From Nemertoderma westbladi (lineage: Eukaryota > Animalia > Xenacoelomorpha), in contig JAUCBJ010008916.1 of the NCBI GenBank assembly GCA_032718475.1, forward strand, positions 1,155 to 65,154: a stretch of DNA of 64,000 nucleotides. The letters run 5' to 3'. Below, piece by piece: positions 13,608 through 23,800 of this stretch (position 1 is the first letter of the stretch; each line of letters opens with the position of its first letter). The translations under genes and the position numbers were made by a program. The notes beneath the pieces are model-generated. The model was not told the origin of the DNA. It made no database searches and worked only from the letters and a program-made list of their open reading frames with translations.

Positions 13608-14287
13608 ACGGCTCGGTACCCTGACACTAACCTGGCTCGGTACCCTGACACCAACCCGGCTCGGTACCCTGACACCAACCCGGCTCGGTACCCCGACACC
13701 AACCCGGCCCGGTACCCTGACACCAACCCGGCTCGGTACCCCGACACCAACCCGGCTCGGTACCCCGACACCAACCCGGCTCGGTACCCCGACACCAACC
13801 CGGCTCGGTACCCTGACACCAACCCGGCTCGGTACCCCGACACCAACCCGGCTCGGTACCCCGACAACAACCCGGCTCGGTACCCTGACACCAACCCGGC
13901 TCGGTACCCCGACACCAACCCGGCTCGGTACCCCGACACCAACCCGGCTCGGTACCCCGACACCAACCCGGCTCGGTACCCCGACACCAACCCGGCTCGG
14001 TACCCCGACACCAACCCGGCTCGGTACCCCGACACCAACCCGGCTCGGTACCCCGACACCAACCCGGCTCGGTACCCCGACACCAACCCGGCTCGGTACC
14101 CCGACACCAACCCGGCTCGGTACCCCGACACCAACCCGGCTCGGTACCCTGACACCAACCCGGCTCGGTACCCCGACACCAACCCGGCTCGGTACCCCGA
14201 CACCAACCCGGCTCGGTACCCTGACACCAACCCGGCTCGGTACCCCGACACCAACCCGGCTCGGTACCCCGACACCATCCCGGCTCA
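13608..14287. repeat. GC-rich minisatellite, 24-bp unit, about 28 copies
   Basis: CGGCTCGGTACCC(C/T)GACACCAACC; abuts the 63-bp array. Confidence 0.96.
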
Positions 14288-14508
14288 GTGCCATGAGGTA
14301 CCTGAAGAGAAGGTTCTCCTTAAGTACAACAGACCAGTAGTAGATGCTTTTATTTCGTTACTGCGAGCTATAAATATATGAATAATAATAATCTTTAACA
14401 TTTTTACAAAGAACCATTGAACCATATAATAACCATAACCAACCGTAATAACTAACATATCACTAAACTATTTCATTCAAGTGCGGAATAATTTTAATAT
14501 GCATAATA

Positions 14509-16908
14509 TTGTCATTATGTTTTAATTATACTATTTTTAATAAAACTAACGCCAGAGCACAAAGCGAAGCAGCGACAGAAGTATATAGAGATAAACCAAA
14601 CTTAAAACATTTATTATGTAATTTCAACGCCAGTGCCACCCATATAGCACCTTTGTATGTACCATATAATTATAATTACCGTGCCTTACTTACGAATTGC
14701 CATGAACTTATTTACGCCATATTATTAATTCCGTTGTTCGCCAATATTCATTTATTACTATTAAAGTGCAATTTACTATATAACAGGTTAGAGCGTCCCA
14801 TACTGAGTTGCCAGCAAGGGGCTTGTTATATGTTTATGGCGGGTTTATTTAGAATTGAAACTCGGCGCATATGTATATATCTTGTATATTTGATATTAAT
14901 GTTTAACAAATATATTTTCTTATTACATTTACATTGTGTAAATGAGGTTTATGTAAACTTTGCTGTAAATATCCTAGCCAGTATCTATGGCAACTATATT
15001 CGCCCATTTTTGTCGCAAAAGAAAATAATATTATTAAAATCTAAGCCAAATCTTCTTCGAAAAACTAAATATAAACCAATTAGACTTTCATTGTTAATTC
15101 TTTTACAGATCTTAATACCGCAAGTATTCATCCTAAATCAAATTCACTTTTTCCATACTATAATCACTGCCACTGCTGTATTAATAGATTTCCTACTCGC
15201 AATATGGCTTGTTACAAAACAATACGGTAAATTAGAATGTAGAAAACCCACAGGTTTAGTAGGTTTAGTATGTTTAGTATTAACTATACAATTAGCGTCA
15301 CAATTGTCGGTACATAACCGTTTTACTGTTACAGCACACGCCTACAATATAAAAGTACTTAGTCCCAATAGACGTTACTCAGGTTCTTTACTTAGTCCAC
15401 GCCTAACAGTCCCAAGAGTGCACCAAGTAACTCATATGCTCACACAATTTTTTATAAGTTTAGGTATCAATATAATAGTTTACATATCAGGCAACATTTT
15501 AGCAAACATATTCGCCCAATGCAATGATATAGAAACTAACCCGGGACCTAAAGGTACACAGCCAACTAAGACGAACAATCGACCTAATACACAATGTATA
15601 ACAGTAACCGACTACATGACACAAAATCCTAACGGGGTAAATTTCATTTTAATCAACACCCGCAGTTTAGTGAAAAATTATGAAGAATTAAAACAATTAA
15701 TTATGTCTCTTAACCAGTACGCAATAATTGGAGTAACAGAAACATGGTTAAAGCGGAAACATAGTAAACAATCTATTTCAATACCTGGATATGTACATTA
15801 CCGTAACGATAGGAGGAAAAGAAAGGGAGGGGGGGTTCTTATTTATATTCCAGAAAACTTGCCGCATAAAGTAAAGCAGGACATCCAAAATAAAAACTGC
15901 AAATCTGCATATGAGTCACTTTGGATAGAAATCGATACCAGTATTCTATTCGGCGTAGTATATCGACCCCCCAAAAATGTATCTTTTCTTGAAGATTTTC
16001 TTGAAGAAACGGAAAATGCACTGAACTACAATTATAGTAATACAATCATAGCAGGTGACTTTAATTGTGATATGTTAGATAAAAATAATGTGAAAGTGAA
16101 GGAACTTGAAAACTATATGATTACTTATAATCTAGACCTACTTAATGAACTTACCCCAACACGATATGGCAATGGGAAAAACAAAAACTCATTACTTGAC
16201 TTATACCTCACTACCTCCCATAATAAATCCATTTATAATTCAATAACAACACCGAGTGGCTTCTCTGACCACGATTATGTATTATTACATTGTGACACGA
16301 AGCTAAGCGCGACACCCACGTCCAAAAAAAGTAGCATAAGAATAACATACAGAGATTATAAACAGTTCTCAGAAAAAATGTTCTTGCAGGATATATCGCA
16401 AATAAATTGGGCCCCACTATACAATAACGCGGACATTGACAAATCATATAATTACTTCGAACATGAAATTGAAAACGTACTAAACAGACATGCTCCTATA
16501 ACAACAAAAACAATAACAGAAAACAGAACTAAGAACACTACAAACAAAAATGCATGGGAAACACAGGAACTAAAACAACTAAATAAACAAAAAATGGACT
16601 CACTATATATCTGGAGAACAACTAAAACTGATGATGATTATGCAAACTTTAAGACGAATAGAAATAAATACAATAACTTAAATCGCACATTAAAAAATAA
16701 TTATATGAAATCAAAATTTGCTGGGGCAAAAAATGCAAAATCACGCTGGAAAATAATTAACTCAATTTTAAATAAAAAAAGTACGAGCGATATGATTAAT
16801 ACAATAAAAACTAAAAATGGAAAAATTGAACACGGTTGCAAAATAATAGCTAATATACTCAACTCTACATTTTTAACACTGGGACTACAGACTAGAAATA
16901 TCACTTGA
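14509..16908 (+). mobile_element. CR1/L2-group LINE ORF, 5' half: hydrophobic N-terminus, 2A-like peptide, APE endonuclease; ends before RT
   Basis: APE motifs NTRSL, VTETWL, RNDR, GGGV, VYRPP, AGDFN, LLDL, SDHD, followed by the linker YRDYKQF...INW. The frame ends near LNSTF, and no matching RT half is seen downstream. Confidence 0.9.
15526..15549 (+). other. 2A-like StopGo (ribosome skipping) motif DIETNPGP
   Basis: Exact D(V/I)ExNPGP consensus, in frame (codon 340), just upstream of the APE domain. Confidence 0.85.
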
Positions 16909-17523
16909 ATAATAGCATTGGGGTAGGCAGGTCGCTTGGTTGGTTGGATTGGTGACAGCCGTGGTGGAGTTGGCAATCAATATAATATCTGCTGTAGTTG
17001 GTGGCCACGTTGTCAGCATATACAGTATACACTGGTTGGTTGCGTGAATAGGAAATAACTATGGAAATATTCGTATACGTGTAGCCGGAAACGTGGCGGA
17101 ATTTCAACACGTATCCTACTGCAGGACTGGTAGGTTGCTTGGTTGAATGGATTGGTGACAGCCGTCGAGGAGTAGCCGTGGTGAGTTGGTAATCGATTCG
17201 ATATAATAGGGTAGTGTGGGGCTAGCCACGCGATGAGAGGTTACGTTACGCGAAGATGAATATGCTATGGTTGGTTGATGCAACGACGCGAACCAATACT
17301 GACGGGAGGTAACAGCTGTAGGAGTAAGGAGGGCATCGCGAGGTTAGGCTACGCGTAGGTGATACGCAGCGATTGGCTGAAGGTAAGAATACTGTTGGTG
17401 ACAGATGGTCATTAAACACCACGATTTAGCACCGGAATTTGGCATTTTTAATAGCCCTCTGAGATCTGGCCCGTAGCCCAGGCTAGGGAGGAGTTAGCCG
17501 AGGGCTATGCTTCTCCTACTACT

Positions 17524-18454
17524 AATATGGCCAAGCATTGGCCAAGCTCGGCCAATGAGAGCTTTTCCTCTTTGTGTTGAAAGCTACCTGCAACAGCTCA
17601 CAGGGTTCAGTGTGTTGGTTTTTCCAGAGCCTAAGAACATCGGCCATGGAATTATTCTGAATTATTCCAACATTAGAACGATTTTAATTATAAGAACACA
17701 TAACTGTTACCGCAGTGGACCGGCACGGTACGGTACGGTACGGGACGGTACGGTACCTACTGCTGTATTGCACATTATTTACTGCTATTTACTGTTTGTT
17801 ATTAATTGTATCAGTTGTTTACATATTGTTATTTGGAGAATAACGATAAACGATCAGAAACCCCGATCTTCTTGATACACTAAGGTTAGAGAGACCGGTT
17901 ACATATAGCAATTGCGACTTATATTATCGTGGTTTGTAGTGAATTGAATGCTATTTTATAGGCCCTACAAATGTCGGTTGCTATTCTCTTTATATATGAT
18001 TAAAATCAGTGACTATCGGCAATTCAGTGTGCAGCGGTGTGCAATAGTCTGTATGTGCTTGTCCGCGTAACAAAGCATCTCCTAAAGAATGCGCCTTATG
18101 TGTAACTTATAATCCATTCCGTTGTGTTTAGTGTAAGCCATAGCTCTGTTTATATAGATAGAGCGCCACGTCCTAAAGGAACTGCTAATATTTCCCGAAA
18201 GTGAATGATATTTGTCAGGAATTATATTAACGATCAATCGAATAGTACGGTAGGCCTGCACCGCAATCAAATTAAAGCATCCGAATCCAGTCTCCCGGGT
18301 ATATCCAGCGGGTGAATGGTCGCGCATAGACTGGCTTCGGCTAATGTTGGATTTATTTGTGTCAAATACTTGTCATAGGCTAAAGTCGATTTATAACCTA
18401 GAAGATATATAGATTTGGCGGGTTAAACTGCCAAAGGTCTTAAAAGCGCGAACA
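17524..18454 (+). repeat. Copy 1 5' LTR (first ~270 bp missing)
   Basis: Matches about 32400-33299, ends GCGCGAACA, contains (GGTAC)n. Confidence 0.9.
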
Positions 18455-18801
18455 GTAACAGTTATATATTCTGATTGCAGTGTAGGCAATAAATACAGTT
18501 TACTATTGTTCTGGTAAGAACAATAACGGTTATTGCTTCTTTATTGCAGTAGGCAATAAAGCTGAAGTACCGGCCAACCGGTACCCAGTAGGCCTGACTA
18601 CCTAACCACCCGGACCGGTACCTACAGCAGTACAGGTACAGCAGTATTATTCGATTGTGATTACTATATACCGGTAGGTCTTAATAATTAATCGGGGACG
18701 CCTGGTTTTTATTGGGATTTTACTTAGGCCTATTTCTGTCAGTTTTATTTATTTGTAGGCTAATATTGAGCAGAAGGTGTGTAAGCCTGCTCAGATTGTA
18801 C

Positions 18802-19375
18802 AGATAATTTGTAGGCTGGACTGTTGTCTGACTGTTGTTAAGTCTGAAGGGACTGTAGTGTGTGTAGAGCGTATGTCCGAAAAAGTACTAGTTAGGAAAG
18901 TAGGGGCTGCCAGTGCTGTGAGGTGAACCCCCTCGAAAGAATAAGTCGTACTACTGGGTTAGAATGCATACTAACTAACCATTTCGGAGTCTGCATATAC
19001 TGTAGTTTATTTAGGCTTGATAGTAGTCTGCCAGCGTTTGGTCTGTACTTTGTTTGTGTAGTCTGCACGGGTAGCGTATTATTTCTTATCTAGATAATTT
19101 GTAGGCTGGATTTTGTCTGGCTGTTGTTAGGTCTGAAGAGATTTCGGTGTGTGTAGAGTGTATGTCCGATAAAGTGCCAGTTGGGAACATAGGGGCTTCT
19201 AGAGCTGTGAGGTAAACCCCCTCGAAAGAATAAATCGTACTACTGGGTTAGAACGCATACTAACTAACCATTTCGGAGTCTGCATATACCGTAGTTTGTT
19301 TAGGCTTGATAGTAGTCTGTCAGTATTTGGTCTGCATTTTGTTTGAGTAGTCTGTACGCGTAGCGTAATATTTAT
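18802..19375 (+). repeat. About 290-bp tandem duplication in the 5' leader
   Basis: AGATAATTTGTAGGCTGGA starts at 18802 and 19092; an equivalent duplication is at about 34970-35545 in copy 2. Confidence 0.85.
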
Positions 19376-20823
19376 TATTCAGAGTTTATGCGATTATTCG
19401 CAACATTCATATCCCCAAGTTTATTCCTACAGTAATTGTGCTTGTTATATATACCGTTATAGTTAAACTAACCCCGGTACTACATCAGGGCTGCTTGGCG
19501 TAGGTAAAGACTGGTGATTTTGTGCCCCGGTCACTCCAGCAGATACCGTGGTTCTTTTGGCTGTTCAAGTATTTTTAACTACTGATTATTTGTTGTATAA
19601 GTACTTGTACCTAATTTAGGGTTTAGTGTACAGTGTTTTCCGATGGTGATTAGTGTGTAGGCAGTATATTTGTGTTGTAAAGTGGTTAATAGGCACGTTG
19701 GTTCTGGTAGACCGCGGTAATTAACTTCTAGGTAAGAACACTCCGTGATACATAACGTAGTACTTATAGCGATACGGCTATAAGTTGTCAGACGGTGGTA
19801 TTTTCCTATCTGGACAACGCAGTATATTTACTACTACTTATTATTTCAAATACCGTAGTACCCTGTCCATTGTAATAACCAGATATTCTAACCCTTTGTT
19901 AGGCTGGTTTGTAGACTTCTTGTAAAATTACCCTAAAAATTCGTACTAGTAAATTTTGTATTTATTTAGAGATTGTAATCTCACCCCGAATTGTACGTAA
20001 TTTGTAGTATTAAGTAACTTAGGTAAATTAGAATTATTTGTTTTAGTGTCCAACAAGTAGCACTTCACTGAGAGCGCACAGCTTCTGTGTAGTGACTCCC
20101 CCCAGAAATAATAACATTTATTTCAAATATTGACAAAAACCCATTAAACGGGTATATATATATTATAAATCAACTCAAACGATTTATAAATAGTAGGCCT
20201 GCCATACAACAATTAGGTCTTAATCAGTTGGACCACTGCTTAAACAACGGTAATAAAGTAAGCAAAGTAACCAAGTAACCCCTAAAATTTCAGAAATTCA
20301 ATTATTCTAAAATAATTGACATACCGGTATTTACCATAGGCTTATTATATTTATTTCTATAAATTTAGGCTGAAATCATACCGGTATTCTGTAATTAATT
20401 CTAGTTCATAATTATACTTATATATATACTATAAGTGTAAGCTGTATACCGGTATTCACGATAGGCCTATTATATATTTATAAATTTAGGCTGAAATTAT
20501 ACCGGTATTCTGTAATTAATTCTAGTTCATAATTATACTTATATATACTATAAGTGTAAGCTGCATACCAGGATTCACGATAGGCCTATTATATATTTAT
20601 ATATATTTGTGCTGAAATTACCTACCGGTATTCTGTGACAAACCTAGTCTGTAATAATCCTTATATATACTATAAGCATACCGGTATTCTAATATATTAT
20701 ATATATATCACGCTACACTGAGTAGCAGTATCGGTAATTAATTACTAGGCTAACGGTGATACTGAATTTCTAGACTTGCTTAAACTGTAATATAGCAGTA
20801 GGCATTCAACTGTACAAACCAAC

Positions 20824-23800
20824 ATGTCTGACACAAAGCAAAACCTGTCAGACAGTCTCCTAGATACAACCATATGTGACCCAGACAGGAGTGTGGAACG
20901 TGTAGGACCGAAGTTCAACTCACCTCCTACTGTAAGAAAGATCATCCCTCCCGTAGTAATATCAGACCCTAGGCTAGTCCAACATCGTAGGTCTATCATA
21001 GGCACTCGAGCTCAGGTCAAGCGGGACCAAGAAGCAGCAGAACAGCAACTTCCCGCGAGCCGAGAACTTATTTCTCAGCGGCCCGACAGCTCCAGTAGTG
21101 CGGATACTGTAGAGCTGACACCCGAGCACGGAGCAAAGATGACAGATGCGGTTTATTCGGATCCCCTTCTCATCCTTCCTGCAGCCGTACTCACGAGGTT
21201 ATTGATTGCGGTGGAGGAACACCAGATTGATTGGGCGAGAAGTAAACAATCGACCTAGGATAGTTATGCGGGATATACAAGGGAAGAACTGAAGTCTATT
21301 GTCGAGTCGCAATGGAACTTCCCCGGACCCAGACTCCCGTTTGACTTATCGGAAGCTGCCTGGGAAGATATACACAGGATGGGAGTGACAAAAGAAACCA
21401 GCGATCCAGCTGTATGGAAGAGGTCAGCAGCCGGATACGTACAGGGATTCTTCAGCTCTATGGAGAGATTAGAGGAACAATTGTTTCGACAACCACAAGG
21501 ACCTCAAGAGCAGGGAAAGCTGCTTTATCAAGTTAGAGAAAGAATTCTAAGAATCAGACTAATCTTATCTGCCTTTGAGGAGGCTTCCAAAAGAAGACAA
21601 GACACGTCGTTGCAAGTTGCCGTAAAGACTTGGTTTCAGCGGGTGAGCCTCCAAGTTCAAAGAACTACCCCGTGGAAATCTCAGTTGGATGAGCGCTCAA
21701 CCCATGGAGAATCAACAGACGCTACCTTTTCCCAAGTGGAAAGCGAAGCGACAGCAGAGAAACCGCATAAGAGGGATGCCATTGACATCTATCTGTCAGA
21801 CTATCAACGCTTTGTAGGGGACGAAGAATTGAGTAGATGGCTGGATGGACTTAGCCCTAATAGTGAAGGAGCCAAGCTTGTGTTGGACGCAATCGATGCG
21901 GATAGGATAGCTGCGAACCAAGCTAAATTTGATGAAAGCATCCGCATCGCTAAGGTTCAAGAAGAACAAGTAAAGAAAAAACGTATAGAAGACAGAAAGA
22001 TAGCAGCAGCGGCAGCAGCAGTGGCAGAAGCAGAAAGAAAGGTGGCAGTGGCAGAGGCAGAAAGAAAAGCGGCCTTGGCAGCTACAGTGGCAGAAGCAGA
22101 AAGAAAAGCGGCTTTGGCAGCTGCAGTGGCAGAAGCAGAACGAAAGGCGTCTGAAGAGACTGCCCAACTAGAGTTGGAAAATCTTCAAGAGAGGCAAGAC
22201 AACTTTAATAAACAGTTAACAGCTAGTAATATGCAGATGATGAATTGATCTACTCCCAAAAGACAAGGTTATACATCATCTGAGGAAGGCGGTACCACCG
22301 ATCCTGAAGGCGGAGGAAATAGATCTCGTCTAAGTAGGCGTAGAAGAACATCTCACCGTCACAAATTGCCTGATTTGCCCCCAGCTGTTAGAAGGCAACT
22401 AACTAACACAGACTTAGGTAGTGCAGAACCCACAGACCAAATAATTAAAATAGAAAGACTCCCTACTATAGTAGATGAGCCTGAAATAATTAGGCCTGTT
22501 CTTGAAATCACCCCTTCGGTGATAGAGACACCTGTGCTCCCAGAACCTACCTCTAAATTCCCTCTGCACAGCACTAAGCTACCTGTGCCCCACAGAACCA
22601 CCCCTGAAAATGTTCATGTCCCTGACTCCGAGCGAAAAATTAATGATTTGTCGCCCGTTGTCCCTCGTCCGCCCGCTACAACGTTGGCGGCTCCCGCTTC
22701 GGCGGTCGAGTGGGTGGATGAGAGACGGCGGGGGATGGATCTCCTGCTCGGGCAGATGCAGGAGACTGTTAAGCAGTTCAAGGGCACAGTAAGGGAAAGT
22801 AGGTTAGAGTTGCAAGAAGTGCAGCAAAGTATCGCATTAGAACGCGATAAATTAGTAAATACACAAAAGGGTATACCACCACCCCCGGTAACAATGTGTC
22901 AACCTGTTAGGTCTGAAGTATCTCATGCGCAAGGTGTGGAGCCTACACGCATCTATACTGCTAGTGAAGTGGAAACTCCTATAGTAAACCCTATTAAGGG
23001 TAATTATAAACCCGTTGACAATGATATCCCATATAGACTTGATAATAATCCGAGAAATTTATATACCGATAACTCGATATTAAATAACACGATGCACCAA
23101 GAAAGTTTTACGCGTCAAATGGCTAGAACCGAAGCCCGTCAAGCGGTAAAGGTGGGAGAGATCGTCAAGTTCAATGGAGATGAGATGAAATGGTTACCTT
23201 TTAATGAATATTACAAATATAACATACAGAACTCTGTGCTATCTAATGGAGAGAAACTTAGATTCCTCATCGAGTGCTTGGAAGGATCTCCCAAGTTAAT
23301 GGCGTTAAAGTTTATTGGACATCCAGACGGATTAAGGCAAGTTCGGGATACACTAAACATCAGGTATGGTAATAGGAATAATATAGCTAAATATTTGTAA
23401 GCAAAATTAGTAGCGCCCCGAAAGTTCATTAGCAGCGGGATAATAGAGTTTTCCGATGAGATTCAAGAGATCTGTAGACAATTAGATTGGTTAGGTAAGT
23501 CTCATGAATATCAGAGTTCTATGGTTATTGGAGCCGTGGCTTCTACTTTACCGAAGGGTGGAGTAGGTACACGCTGGGATAAGAAAGTGTTATATATGAT
23601 GGAACAACAACGACGAGACCCTACCATGGCTGATCTCATGTCATTCTTAGATGGAGAAGTGAAATTACAGCTCCTAAAGCAGTCCAGAGAGAAGACACCG
23701 GAAAACAAGGTAAGTGAGAAACCCGTTTCTAGGAGAAAGGTAACACCAGTGTGTTATACAGACGACGGCGAAAGCCAGACTTCTCAAGGAGAGGATAGCG

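Noticed and set aside
8209-13624. 1803-aa and 1513-aa repetitive ORFs as genes; array as CRISPR
   Set aside because: They arise from a 63-bp unit with no stop in those frames and have no unique coding flanks. There are no unique spacers or cas genes, and the context is eukaryotic.
13554-14294. VGVGVPSR and VSGYRAGL repeat proteins
   Set aside because: Translations of the 24-bp minisatellite.
17507-18327. Small ORFs repeated in the LTRs (also 32388, 32927, 33729, 34151, 44458, 44880)
   Set aside because: They recur only because the LTRs are duplicated and are not conserved as proteins between the two LTR subfamilies.
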